A DNA stretch of 63,369 bases, filler included, from Candidatus Tectimicrobiota bacterium (lineage in GTDB: Bacteria > JACPSX01): assembly GCA_016193065.1 (NCBI GenBank). It is 7 parts of 7 records of this genome, joined end to end, with 100 filler letters (N's around TTAATTAATTAA, not from the genome) between each part and the next. Parts side by side here need not be neighbours in the genome. Positions count along the whole stretch, not along the records: positions 1 to 12,902 come from JACPSX010000046.1; positions 13,003 to 20,306 come from JACPSX010000040.1; positions 20,407 to 23,548 come from JACPSX010000091.1; 4 more parts are not named here. One strand, 5' to 3'. The stretch's first letter is position 1, and every line of letters begins with the position of its first letter. The notes beneath the pieces were generated by a model, which saw nothing but the letters and a program-made list of their open reading frames with translations, searched no databases and had not been told where the DNA came from. Positions 10,109-21,478 of this stretch are shown in pieces. A program made the translations under genes and the position numbers.

Positions 10109-12076
10109 ATGTCCCCCTTCATTGTCGCGCTCATTCCGCTGCTGCCCGCTCTGGCGGTTCTGGTAAACGGCCTGCTGGGATTCCGCGTCCTCAAGGAAAA
10201 GGCCCACCGGCTGGGCGTGGGGTCCGTGGCTCTCTCCTTCCTGCTGTCCCTGTGGGTGATCTGGCAGGTGGCCTTCGCGGGCGCGCGGGCCGATCTGGTT
10301 TTCTATGAGTGGGTTGTGGCCGGGAATTTCAGCGTCAGCATCGGGTTTCTGATCGATCCCCTGACCGCCGTGATGCTCTTTGTGGTCACGGGGGTCGGGC
10401 TCCTCGTCCACATTTACTCCATCGGCTACATGCACGGGGACCCGGGTTACCCCCGGTTCTTCACTTACATGAATTTGTTCATGGTGTCCATGCTCCTCCT
10501 GGTCATGGCCAACAACTACCTGCTGCTCTTCGTGGGCTGGGAAGGGGTGGGCCTGTGCTCCTACCTGCTGATCGGCTACTGGTACGAGAAAAAGTCGGCC
10601 TCCGACGCCGGCAAGAAGGCCTTCATCGTGAACCGGATCGGAGACGCGGGATTTCTGCTGGGCGTCTTCCTCGTGTTCATGACCTTCGGCTCCCTGGATT
10701 TTCGCGAAGTTTTCCCCCGGGCCGATCAGGCGGCCGTGGGCGTCTTGACGGCAATCACGCTCCTGCTGTTCGTGGGGGCCGTGGGCAAGTCGGCTCAGCT
10801 TCCCCTCCACGTGTGGCTTCCGGATGCCATGGAAGGGCCCACGCCGGTCAGCGCCTTGATCCACGCCGCCACCATGGTCACGGCGGGAGTCTACATGGTG
10901 GCCCGCAGCCACGTCCTGTTCAGCCTGGCCCCCGTCAGCCTGCAGGTGGTGGCCGCCGTGGGAGCCCTGACGGCGATTTTCTCGGCCTCCATCGGGCTCG
11001 TGCAAAACGACATCAAGCGGGTCATGGCCTATTCCACGGTGAGCCAGCTTGGCTATATGTTTTTCGGGCTCGGGGTCGGGGCCTACGCGGCGGGCATCTT
11101 CCACCTCATGACTCACGCGTTTTTCAAGGGGCTCTTGTTTCTCGGGGCCGGCAGCGTCATCCATGCCCTGGCGGGCGAGCAGGACATGCGCCGCATGGGA
11201 GGGTTGCGCTCCCATCTTCCGGTGACGGCGCCCACCCTCTATGTAGCCTCCCTGGCCCTGGCCGGCATCCCCCCGTTCGCGGGGTTCTGGAGCAAGGACG
11301 AGATCCTGGGCGCGGCGTTCAAAGAGGGACAGTATCTCCTCTGGGCCCTCGGGGTGGTGGCGGCCTTCATGACGGCCTTTTACGTGTTCCGCATGATCTA
11401 CATGACCTTCTACGGGGAGTCCCGGGTGGAGCGCGAGAGGGCTCATCACATCCATGAATCCCCGAGGGTGATGACGTGGCCCCTGATCCTGCTGGCCGCC
11501 CTGTCGACCGTCGGAGGGATCATTCCCGGCTTTCCCCCGGAAGGAGGACTCATTCACGGATTTCTGGGCCAGGTCTTCGCCTCTCACGGCGCGCCGGAGG
11601 CCCAGCACGGTCTGGAGCTTGTCGACTACGGGTTGATGGGCGTTTCCGTGGCGGTGGGGCTGGCAGGCTGGGGACTGGCCCGCTTCTTTTATATTAGCCG
11701 CCCGGAAATTCCGGGGGCTCTGGCCCGCCGGTTTTCCTTCGTTTACCGGCTCCTGCTGAATAAATACTGGGTCGACGAAATTTACGCGGCACTGGTGGTG
11801 AATCCCCTGTTGCGGTTGGGTCGGTCTTTGCGGAACTTTGATGAGCGGGTCATCGACGGGGCAGTGAACGGGGTGAGCTTTCTGACGGTTCTGTGGGGAC
11901 GGATCTCGGACCTCTTTGACCGCTTCACGGTGGACGGGGCCGTCAACGGGGCCGGCGCCGTGGTGCGGGGCGGGGCCCGCAATTTCCGGCGGTTGCAGAC
12001 CGGGTTTGCGCAAAATTATGCCCTGGCCATGCTCCTGGGAATTTTCGTGATCGCCAGCCTCTACCTGCTCTTTTAG
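10109..12076 (+). CDS. nuoL: NADH-quinone oxidoreductase subunit L (copy 2) with elongated lateral helix
   Basis: Full set of NuoL motifs; the C-terminal DGAVNG motif occurs twice, 26 aa apart. Confidence 0.96.
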   Translation: MSPFIVALIPLLPALAVLVNGLLGFRVLKEKAHRLGVGSVALSFLLSLWVIWQVAFAGARADLVFYEWVVAGNFSVSIGFLIDPLTAVMLFVVTGVGLLVHIYSIGYMHGDPGYPRFFTYMNLFMVSMLLLVMANNYLLLFVGWEGVGLCSYLLIGYWYEKKSASDAGKKAFIVNRIGDAGFLLGVFLVFMTFGSLDFREVFPRADQAAVGVLTAITLLLFVGAVGKSAQLPLHVWLPDAMEGPTPVSALIHAATMVTAGVYMVARSHVLFSLAPVSLQVVAAVGALTAIFSASIGLVQNDIKRVMAYSTVSQLGYMFFGLGVGAYAAGIFHLMTHAFFKGLLFLGAGSVIHALAGEQDMRRMGGLRSHLPVTAPTLYVASLALAGIPPFAGFWSKDEILGAAFKEGQYLLWALGVVAAFMTAFYVFRMIYMTFYGESRVERERAHHIHESPRVMTWPLILLAALSTVGGIIPGFPPEGGLIHGFLGQVFASHGAPEAQHGLELVDYGLMGVSVAVGLAGWGLARFFYISRPEIPGALARRFSFVYRLLLNKYWVDEIYAALVVNPLLRLGRSLRNFDERVIDGAVNGVSFLTVLWGRISDLFDRFTVDGAVNGAGAVVRGGARNFRRLQTGFAQNYALAMLLGIFVIASLYLLF

Positions 12077-12137
12077 TAGAGATACCCGAGGGGGTCGCCC
12101 GCAAGGGGATGGCGGCAGCAAACGCAAGGAGAAGTGC

Positions 12138-12902
12138 ATGACCAACATCTTGAACTTTCCCATTCTCTCCCTGGTCATTTTCGTGCCCCTGGTCGGGGCC
12201 CTTCTGATTATGTTCTTCTTCCATCGCCGGCAGACCACGGCCATCAAGTATTTCGCCTTCTTCGTGACGCTGCTCGATTTTGTCATCTCCCTTCCCCTGA
12301 TCATCTATTTCCAGCGGGGCACGGCGGAAATGCAGTTTGTCGAGAGTCTCCCCTGGATTCCTTCCATTGGGGCCACCTATTTTCTGGGGATTGACGGCAT
12401 CAGCGTCTTTCTCGTGCTGCTGACCACCTTCCTGTCGGCCATCTCCGTCCTGTGCTCCTTTGCCGCCATTACGGACCGGGAAAAAGAGTACTACGTCTCC
12501 CTGATGATCCTGGAGACGGGCATGCTGGGGGTGTTCAGCTCCCTGGACTTCTTCCTGTTCTACATCTTCTGGGAAATTGTCCTGGTTCCCATGTACTTCC
12601 TGATCGGGGTCTGGGGGGCCCCGGCTCGCCGCCTCTATGCGGCCATCAAGTTCTTCCGCTACACGCTTTTGGGCAGCGTGGTCATGCTCCTGGGGATCCT
12701 GGCCGTCTACTTCTATCATGCCGGCCAGACCGGGGTTTACACCTTCAACGTGCTCGAGCTCATGAAGACCTCTTATCCCTTCAGCTCGAGCTTGTTTTCT
12801 TTCCAGAACCTGGTCTGGCTCTCCTTCTTCCTGAGCTTCGCCATTAAAGTCCCCATGTTTCCCTTTCACACCTGGCTTCCCGACGCCCACACGGAGGCAC
12901 CC
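12138..12902 (+). CDS. nuoM: NADH-quinone oxidoreductase subunit M (copy 2), truncated by contig end
   Basis: [17 protein letters not shown] and [22 protein letters not shown] motifs. Confidence 0.94.
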
Positions 12903-13002
12903 NNNNNNNNNNNNNNNNNNNNNNNNNNNNNNNNNNNNNNNNNNNNTTAATTAATTAANNNNNNNNNNNNNNNNNNNNNNNNNNNNNNNNNNNNNNNNNN
13001 NN
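12903..13002. other. Artificial contig spacer
   Basis: N44-TTAATTAATTAA-N44, giving stops in all six frames. Confidence 0.97.
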
Positions 13003-13120
13003 CCCCGATTAAAACATTCGGGGGTGACGCCTTTCGGATAAATGCTCATCGCTATGTTCTGATACCCCGCCTGCCTGTGCGTACACGCAGACAGGTCAGC
13101 TTGCTGCGGGGTAGTTCATT
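13003..13120. repeat. Nested palindromic REP/MITE-like elements at contig start
   Basis: Hairpin ccccga...tcgggg (13003-13024); taccccgc...gcggggta stem enclosing the imperfect palindrome cctgcctgtgcgtacacgcagacagg. Confidence 0.65.
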
Positions 13121-13229
13121 CACCTCACTGAATTTAGTGAAACCACCTTATTGAACGGCGCCTAGCCCGTTAAGAATAATAGCGCGTGCATGCCCCACCG
13201 GCCCCCCGCTGGAGAAAGAGGTTTGTACC

Positions 13230-13451
13230 ATGCGACGCGCTTCACTTCTTTTGATGATTGCCGTGCTGCTCACCGGCTGCAGTGCGACATCGCCTTATCC
13301 TGATTTCAGCGAGGAGCAGTGGAACCGCGACTTCTACAAGTGCACGCGTGATTCTCAGAAGATCAGCTCCGGGACGGGCCCGAGCTTGTACGACCGCCAG
13401 GAAATGGCGTTTTATCGTTGCATGGTGGCTCATGGGTATGCAAAGAACTGA
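13230..13451 (+). CDS. Small lipoprotein with paired cysteines
   Basis: Lipobox LTGC, AGAGG RBS, CMxAHGY C-terminus; a paralog at 48813-48948 supports coding status. Confidence 0.8.
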   Translation: MRRASLLLMIAVLLTGCSATSPYPDFSEEQWNRDFYKCTRDSQKISSGTGPSLYDRQEMAFYRCMVAHGYAKN

Positions 13452-14186
13452 GTCGCCCGGCTCCCTCGCGTATGCTTCCTGGGAAGCTCCGCTGCCAGTC
13501 GAAGAGACCTCCAAGGGTCGGGAGATTAATTCTCCACCGGTTTCCGCCACGGTGGGGAAAAAAGCGCCCGGTACCAGCAGAACCGGCGTCTGGAAACCAT
13601 CGCTCAGGAAAGCTTGGTGCGCGAGGTATCGGTTCATATCTTCTGCGTATAACCCCAGTTTGTCGTGATATTGCCTCTCTCTCCCTTTCACTAGTTATAA
13701 TTCCTCGCACGTATCTATCTAGAGGCTAAGGGACGTCTTCAGTTTGGTCTAGTTCTTCTGTATAATGCCATCCTTCTAATGAACCAACATTTTATGTGGG
13801 GAAGAGAAAGCCGTATTACTGTAACCACCCAAAAGCCGAAATCTCATCGATCATTAGTTGGCCGAAACTGGTTCGGAAGTGGGCGCGAGACCTTGAATGC
13901 CTGCACCTTCGACGGGCTCGGGGTGAACGGATTCGGGATCGGATTCAAAGATGTTTGAGCGTGTATGCCGCATCGGGGGCCCGGGAAAGCTACTATGTTT
14001 TTAAGTCCATGGAGGGGATGGTTCCCGCGCAGGGGCCGGGCGCGAGCTTCCCGGAGAATGGTTTAGCGATTCCTGTCCATCCTTGACCGGGACAGCTCTC
14101 GCCGGCTGGAAAGACTTGGTCCTTTGGAACCCCGGGTGCTATACTAGTGAGGGTTTTAATGGTAGAAATTCGTTTGGTTTGCGGGC

Positions 14187-14918
14187 ATGAGAGGTAACAC
14201 TTCCGTGCATCGGGAAGCCGTCCGGGTGGATCTCGGGCTCCGGGACTATGAGGAGGTGCTGGATCTGCAGGAAAGGCTCGTCCGGGAGCGCTTTGCAGGC
14301 TCGATTCCCGACCTGCTCCTGACTGTCGAGCATCCCCATACCTATACTCTGGGTCGGGCCGCCAAGGAAGAGGACCTTCTTCTGAGTCCGCAAGAGTTGG
14401 ACAGGCGCGGGATCCGGACCTTCCACATTGCACGGGGCGGCCAGCTCACCTATCACGGCCCCGGCCAGATCGTCGGGTACCCGATTCTGGACCTGAGGGA
14501 ATTCGGACAGGACGTGCACCGCTACCTGCGCGCCCTGGAGGATGTGCTCATCCGCACGGTGGGCTCCTTCGGGATCAAGGGGGAACGCATTGCAGGTCGC
14601 ACGGGGGTGTGGGTTGGTGGCGCAAAAATCGCCGCCATCGGCGTGGGGATCCGGCGCTGGATCACGTTTCACGGCTTTGCCCTGAACGTGGCTCCGGACC
14701 TCTCTTATTTCCACGGGATCATCCCCTGCGGAATTGCCGGCTGCCCGGTTACTTCCATGAGCCTGGCCCTCGGCCGCCCCATCGGGAGTGCGGAAGTGCT
14801 GCCCGTGCTGGGACGCTGTTTCGCAGATACCTTCGGTATGGAAATGAGGATCGAACCCAATGACTGGTTGTGCCGATTCGCCGGTATTCCCGAGGAAGCC
14901 TCCCTGGCTGCGCGTTAG
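14187..14918 (+). CDS. lipB: Lipoyl(octanoyl) transferase
   Basis: [41 protein letters not shown] and IIPCG motifs. Confidence 0.96.
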   Translation: MRGNTSVHREAVRVDLGLRDYEEVLDLQERLVRERFAGSIPDLLLTVEHPHTYTLGRAAKEEDLLLSPQELDRRGIRTFHIARGGQLTYHGPGQIVGYPILDLREFGQDVHRYLRALEDVLIRTVGSFGIKGERIAGRTGVWVGGAKIAAIGVGIRRWITFHGFALNVAPDLSYFHGIIPCGIAGCPVTSMSLALGRPIGSAEVLPVLGRCFADTFGMEMRIEPNDWLCRFAGIPEEASLAAR

Positions 14919-15750
14919 GGTCCCCAGTCCGGAGGTCCTGCGCCGGATGAAAGAGGACCTGGGACGGCTGCATACGATTTGCGAGGAGGCCCGCTGCCCG
15001 AATCTGGGAGAGTGCTGGTCCCGGGGGACGGCGACGTTCCTCATCCTGAACGAGATCTGTACGAGGAGCTGCGGCTTTTGCGCGGTCAAGACGGGGAAGC
15101 CGCTCCCCCTGGATCCGACGGAGCCGGCCCGGGTCGCCGAATCCGTGCGCCGCATGAGACTGCGCTTTGCCGTGGTCACGTCCGTGAACCGGGATGATTT
15201 GCCCGACGGTGGAGCCCGAGCTTTTGCGGAGACGATCCGCAAGATCCGGGAAGTCAATCCGGGTTGCGGGGTCGAAGTGTTGATCCCTGACTTCCGGGGA
15301 TCCTGGGAGGCGCTGCGCTTGGTTCTGGAGGCCAGGCCCGATGTGCTGGGTCACAACACCGAGACCGTTCCCCGCCTGTACCGGAAAGCCCGGCCCAGCG
15401 CCAAATACGAGCGCAGCCTGGAGCTCCTCCGGCAGGTGAAACTCTTTGACCCGTCTCAAACCAGCAAATCCGGGATCATGCTCGGACTCGGTGAAACCAA
15501 GGAAGAGGTCCTGGCCGTCATGACGGACCTGCACGGGGTGGAGTGCGACGTCCTGACGGTCGGTCAATACCTGCAGCCGGCCAGGGAGAAGCTGCCGGTG
15601 GTGAGGTTTGTGCCGCCGGAGGAATTCAACGAGCTCAAGATTGCCGGGGAAGAGATGGGTTTTAAGCGAGTAGTGGCAGGCCCCCTGGTGCGAAGTTCGT
15701 ATCATGCTGAGGAGCATCTACAGGCGGCGGGTGCCTGGACCTGCAGTTGA
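14860..15750 (+). CDS. lipA: Lipoyl synthase
   Basis: [21 protein letters not shown] and VRSSY motifs. Confidence 0.97.
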   Translation: MTGCADSPVFPRKPPWLRVRVPSPEVLRRMKEDLGRLHTICEEARCPNLGECWSRGTATFLILNEICTRSCGFCAVKTGKPLPLDPTEPARVAESVRRMRLRFAVVTSVNRDDLPDGGARAFAETIRKIREVNPGCGVEVLIPDFRGSWEALRLVLEARPDVLGHNTETVPRLYRKARPSAKYERSLELLRQVKLFDPSQTSKSGIMLGLGETKEEVLAVMTDLHGVECDVLTVGQYLQPAREKLPVVRFVPPEEFNELKIAGEEMGFKRVVAGPLVRSSYHAEEHLQAAGAWTCS

Positions 15751-15764
15751 AAGGGCGGACTTCC

Positions 15765-16748
15765 ATGGAAAAACACCTCCTGGCGGATCTCGAAAAGAAT
15801 GAGCTCGTCGATCTCTATTTTCAGATGCTCGTGATCCGGCGCCTCGAGGAAAAAGCGGCTGAGATGTACAGCCTGGGGAAAATCGGCGGCTTCCTGCACC
15901 TCTACATCGGGCAGGAAGCTGTGGCCGTAGGGGCGATTTCGGTTCTGCGGCCGGACGACTATATCATCGCCTCCTACCGGGACCACGGTCACGCCATTGC
16001 CAGAGGATGCGACCCCAAGGCGGTCATGGCCGAGCTGTTCGGTAAGCCGACCGGAGTCTCCAAAGGCAAGGGGGGCTCCATGCACATGTTCGATGCCCGG
16101 AGGAATTTCATGGGAGGCCATGCCATCGTCGGCGGCCACTTGCCCGTGGCGGCTGGAATCGGCTACGGGATCAGGTACAAGAAGGGGGACCAGGTGATTC
16201 TGTGCTTCTTCGGGGAGGGAGCCTCGAACATCGGGGCCTTTCACGAAAGCCTGAACGTGGCCGCCCTGTGGAAACTTCCCGTCGTGTTCATATGCGAGAA
16301 CAACAAATACGGCATGGGCACTCCTCTGTCGCGAGCCTCGGCCAGCCGCACGATTGCCGAAAAGGCCTGCGCTTACGACATGCCCTACGAGCAGGTGGAC
16401 GGGATGGACGTCATAACCGTCCGGGAGAACGTGGAAGAGGCGGTCAAGAGGGCTCGCCAGGATGGGACTCCGACCCTCCTCGAAGCCCTGACGTACCGGT
16501 TCCGGGGTCACTCCATGTCAGACCCCGCGCGCTATCGCACCCGCCAGGAGGTGGAGGAGCAGCGCGAACGAGACCCCATTCTCCTCTACCGCCAGAAGCT
16601 GGAGGCCGAGGGCGTTCTGGAGGGCAGCGAGATCAAAGAGCTTGATGCCAAGGCAAAGAGAATCGCCCAGGAGGCCGCCGAGTTTGCTGAAAACACCCCC
16701 GACCCTCCCTTGGAAAGCCTTTTCGAAGACGTTTACGCCAGCGAGTGA
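15765..16748 (+). CDS. pdhA: Pyruvate dehydrogenase E1 alpha
   Basis: GFLHLYIGQEA, GKGGSMH, TPP-binding GEGA...ENN and YRFRGHSMSDP motifs. Confidence 0.95.
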   Translation: MEKHLLADLEKNELVDLYFQMLVIRRLEEKAAEMYSLGKIGGFLHLYIGQEAVAVGAISVLRPDDYIIASYRDHGHAIARGCDPKAVMAELFGKPTGVSKGKGGSMHMFDARRNFMGGHAIVGGHLPVAAGIGYGIRYKKGDQVILCFFGEGASNIGAFHESLNVAALWKLPVVFICENNKYGMGTPLSRASASRTIAEKACAYDMPYEQVDGMDVITVRENVEEAVKRARQDGTPTLLEALTYRFRGHSMSDPARYRTRQEVEEQRERDPILLYRQKLEAEGVLEGSEIKELDAKAKRIAQEAAEFAENTPDPPLESLFEDVYASE

Positions 16749-16763
16749 GGGGAGAGGATCTCC

Positions 16764-17744
16764 ATGGCCGTCGTGACTTACCGTGAGGCGTTAAACCAGG
16801 CCCTGCGCGAAGAAATGGAGAGAGACCCCAACGTATTTATCGTCGGGGAAGAGGTGGGATACTACCAGGGCGCCTACAAGGTGACCCAGGGGCTCCTGGA
16901 TCAGTTCGGCGAGTGGCGGGTGCGGGATACTCCCATCGCCGAGGAAGTCATTGCGGGGATCGGGATCGGCGCGGCGCTGGTGGGCTTGCGTCCCATTGCC
17001 GAGATGATGACCTTCAACTTTTCGCTGCTGGCCCTGGATCAGATCGTGAACAATGCGGCCAAGATCCGCTACATGTCCGGAGGACAGTTCAAGGTGCCCG
17101 TGGTCTTCCGGGGGCCCGGAGGAGCCGCCCACCAGCTCGGAGCCCAGCATTCCCAGTCCTTGGAATCCTACTACGCCTACGTTCCCGGACTCAAGGTCGT
17201 CCTGCCCGCCACTCCGAAGGATGCCAAGGGGCTTCTGAAAAGCGCCATACGTGATGATGACCCGGTGGTTTTCATCGAAAGCGAAGTCCTCTATGGCACC
17301 CGTGGGGAGGTACCCGAAGGGGAATATACGATCCCGCTGGGCCAGGCTGAGGTGAAGCGGCCCGGTAAGGACGTCACCCTGATCGCCCATTCCAAGACGG
17401 TCCTGCTGGCACTGCAAGTGGCCGAATCTCTGGCTGCCGAGGGGATCGAGGCGGAAGTCGTCGATCCCCGCACTTTGCGCCCTCTGGACAGCGATCTCCT
17501 GCTGGAGTCCGTGCGCAAGACCCACCGCTGCGTCATTGTGGAGGAAGGCTGGCCGTTTTGCGGCATTGGCGCCCAGATCGCCACGACCCTTTACAGCGAA
17601 GCGTTCGACACACTGGATGCCCCTATCGAGCGGGTAACCTCCGCCGACGTTCCGATGCCTTACGCCAAGCCTCTGGAAGCCGCCGTAGTCCCGGATACCA
17701 AACGGGTGCGCGCGGCCATCGACAAGGTCCTGTACCGCCAGTGA
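16764..17744 (+). CDS. pdhB: Pyruvate dehydrogenase E1 beta
   Basis: DTPIAE, EMMTFNF and AQHSQ motifs. Confidence 0.95.
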   Translation: MAVVTYREALNQALREEMERDPNVFIVGEEVGYYQGAYKVTQGLLDQFGEWRVRDTPIAEEVIAGIGIGAALVGLRPIAEMMTFNFSLLALDQIVNNAAKIRYMSGGQFKVPVVFRGPGGAAHQLGAQHSQSLESYYAYVPGLKVVLPATPKDAKGLLKSAIRDDDPVVFIESEVLYGTRGEVPEGEYTIPLGQAEVKRPGKDVTLIAHSKTVLLALQVAESLAAEGIEAEVVDPRTLRPLDSDLLLESVRKTHRCVIVEEGWPFCGIGAQIATTLYSEAFDTLDAPIERVTSADVPMPYAKPLEAAVVPDTKRVRAAIDKVLYRQ

Positions 17745-17754
17745 GGAGATTCAC

Positions 17755-18996
17755 GTGGCTTCAAACGTCGTGATGCCGAAGCTCAGCGATACCATGGAGA
17801 GCGGAGTCATCTTGAAGTGGGTAAAGAAGGAAGGGGATGCCGTTGAGGCCGGCGACATCCTGGCGGAAGTCTCCACGGACAAGGCCGACATGGAAATGGA
17901 AGCCTACGTGAGCGGTGTCCTGCGCAAGATTCTGATCCCCGAGGGCAAGACCGCCAAGGTGGGAGAGGTGCTGGCGATTATTGGCGAGGAGGGCGAGGAG
18001 ATATCGGCGCCACTTGCCATTGCGCCTCCGGCGGAACCGCCGCAGGCGCGGAAGGAACCGGCAAAGGCTCCGCAGGGGGCAGCCGGGGCGCGAAAAGAGG
18101 TAGTCGAAAGCCCGCAGCAAGAGGCCGAGGTAGGGCCGATTAAGGCTTCTCCGCTGGCCCGCAAAATCGCCGCGGAGAAAGGGATCGATTTGAGCCGGAT
18201 TCAAGGTTCCGGTCCGGGAGGGCGGATCATCGAAAAGGACCTGGAAGGGGCTCTGGCGGCAAAGCCCGCGGCGAAGGCCCCGCCCGCCGTTGCTCAAGTT
18301 CCAGCCGGCCCTGGAGAGTACCGGGAAGAGGACATGAGCCTCATGCGCAAGACGATCGCCCGGCGCATGACGGAGAGCAAGACGACTGTCCCCCATTTCT
18401 ACCTCGCGATGGAAATTGACATGGAGGCCGCCGTTCACATCCGCAAATCCCTCAATGACCTCCACCCGGAAGCCAAGGTGAGCTTCAACGACCTGATTGT
18501 GCGGGCGGTGGCCCTGGCGCTGCGGAAGCACCCCCGGGTCAATGCTTCCTTCCGGGGCGAAAAGATCCGCTGGAACGAAGCGATTGACGTGGGTGTGGCC
18601 GTGGCGCTGGAAGACGGGCTCATCACCCCGATCATCCGGCGCTGCGATACGAAGAACCTTACCGAGATTGCCACGGAAATGCAGAGCCTGGCCGAGAAGG
18701 CGCGCCGGAAGCGCCTGAGACCGGAGGAATACCAGGGAGGAACGTTCACCATATCCAACCTGGGAATGTACGGCGTGGAGAATTTTTCGGCCATCATCAA
18801 TCCCCCGGAAGGCGCCGTCCTGGCCGTGGGCGCCATCCTGCAAAAGCCTGCCGTGTGGGAGGGAGAAGTCGTGGCTCGCCACCGCATGAAGGTCACCCTG
18901 TCCTGCGATCACCGGGTGGTGGACGGTGCGTCCGGCGCCCTTTTTCTCCAGGAGCTCAAGAAGCTCCTGGAAAACCCCGTGAGCCTACTCTTATAA
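17755..18996 (+). CDS. pdhC: Dihydrolipoamide acetyltransferase E2
   Basis: Lipoyl domain TDKA, E3-binding ASPLARKIA and catalytic DHRVVDG. Confidence 0.95.
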   Translation: MASNVVMPKLSDTMESGVILKWVKKEGDAVEAGDILAEVSTDKADMEMEAYVSGVLRKILIPEGKTAKVGEVLAIIGEEGEEISAPLAIAPPAEPPQARKEPAKAPQGAAGARKEVVESPQQEAEVGPIKASPLARKIAAEKGIDLSRIQGSGPGGRIIEKDLEGALAAKPAAKAPPAVAQVPAGPGEYREEDMSLMRKTIARRMTESKTTVPHFYLAMEIDMEAAVHIRKSLNDLHPEAKVSFNDLIVRAVALALRKHPRVNASFRGEKIRWNEAIDVGVAVALEDGLITPIIRRCDTKNLTEIATEMQSLAEKARRKRLRPEEYQGGTFTISNLGMYGVENFSAIINPPEGAVLAVGAILQKPAVWEGEVVARHRMKVTLSCDHRVVDGASGALFLQELKKLLENPVSLLL

Positions 18997-20306
<1,310 letters not shown>

Positions 20307-20406
20307 NNNNNNNNNNNNNNNNNNNNNNNNNNNNNNNNNNNNNNNNNNNNTTAATTAATTAANNNNNNNNNNNNNNNNNNNNNNNNNNNNNNNNNNNNNN
20401 NNNNNN
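20307..20406. other. Artificial contig spacer
   Basis: N44-TTAATTAATTAA-N44. Confidence 0.97.
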
Positions 20407-20407
20407 G

Positions 20408-20587
20408 GGCGACATGGTGCACCCTTACTTGCGCCGCCGGAACGGCGAGGAGGCGGTGGACTACCCCTCCGAGGAGCTGCGGGCGGTGCTGGGCAAGACC
20501 CTCGGGGTGCCCCTCTTCCAGGAGCAGGCGATGCGGATCGCCATCGTCGGCGCCGGCTTCTCCTCGATCGCGACCATGATTGACTAA
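20408..20587 (+). pseudogene. dnaE2: Error-prone DNA polymerase DnaE2 fragment
   Basis: Reads [52 protein letters not shown], then unrelated sequence and a stop; not in the ORF track. Confidence 0.85.
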
Positions 20588-20614
20588 GGGTGCGGACGAC
20601 GCGATGCTTCATGT

Positions 20615-21223
20615 GTGGGGGAGACCATTAGCAAACTCGGCGGGATGGCCGGGTCCCTCAGCCCGGTCGGCTTGATCCTCGCCTTCACCGGGGTTGCCTC
20701 CCTCGTCGCCGTCGCTGCGGCGGCGATCGTCTTGTTGCGCCCATCATTTCGACTTGAGAGTCCCTTTCTCCGGGCCATGCTCTTTCTCATCATTGTATTC
20801 GGCGGCCTCGCCGCCGTCTTGGCGGCTGTTGGTCGCGCGTTCGACCCAGGACCGGACGGCTTCTTCAGCCTGAGCACCCTCGGTTTCGTCCTCGAATCTG
20901 TGGTCTTCATCACCGCCTTTGTGATGTTGGCCGGAGTCCTTGCCAAACTGCAGATTCCAACGGCCAGTTTCCTCACTCTAATTGGTGACGTTCTTGCATT
21001 TATCGGAGCATGCGGGGTCTTCGGCGTTGTCGCGGTAGCGCTATCCCAGCTGCTCGGATCGCAGTGGTTAGGGCTCCACTTCGGGCTCTTTTCTTTTGTT
21101 TTTGTCTTCGGCGGCGCGGTTGTGGTCTTCCTCGTCGGCGCGGGGTTCCTCGGGCTCGGCGCGATCATGCACGAGTTGAGCGCGATCCGTGCCCGGATCG
21201 AGCAGCGCGAGACGAAGCCATAG
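20615..21223 (+). CDS. Hypothetical multi-pass membrane protein
   Basis: About 5 hydrophobic segments in 202 aa; family not recognised. Confidence 0.6.
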   Translation: MGETISKLGGMAGSLSPVGLILAFTGVASLVAVAAAAIVLLRPSFRLESPFLRAMLFLIIVFGGLAAVLAAVGRAFDPGPDGFFSLSTLGFVLESVVFITAFVMLAGVLAKLQIPTASFLTLIGDVLAFIGACGVFGVVAVALSQLLGSQWLGLHFGLFSFVFVFGGAVVVFLVGAGFLGLGAIMHELSAIRARIEQRETKP

Positions 21224-21249
21224 AAGTCTTCCGCCCTGATAATCCACCG

Positions 21250-21372
21250 CGGCTTGCCGGCGAGTCTCGCGATGCCGCGGTCGAGGGCCGCGACCGGGTG
21301 GCCGCGCGGATGACGCCGGCCGAGGTCGCCGAGGCCGAACGCCTGGCGGAGGAGTGGAGGGAAAGGCCGTAA
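21250..21372 (+). pseudogene. C-terminal remnant of a Sel1-repeat protein
   Basis: RDRVAARMTPAEVAEAERLAEEW resembles the capping helix of Sel1-repeat proteins; no upstream part present. Confidence 0.6.
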
Positions 21373-21478
21373 GACGAAGTTACATTTGCAGATGATATTC
21401 GGCCAGTCCACCGGGCCCCATTACCGTCACTGTACACAAAGCCGAACCGCCCGTTCCCACCGACCGCCACGGTACAGC

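Noticed and set aside
9806-12304. Long antisense ORFs (also 24978-26888, 42822-44906, 54038-55978, 56501-58000)
   Set aside because: These are shadow frames opposite well-supported genes in GC-rich DNA and carry no recognisable motifs.
13452-14186. ORFs 13242-13691 (-) and 13796-14086 (+)
   Set aside because: No recognisable homology or RBS; low-GC intergenic or decayed DNA.
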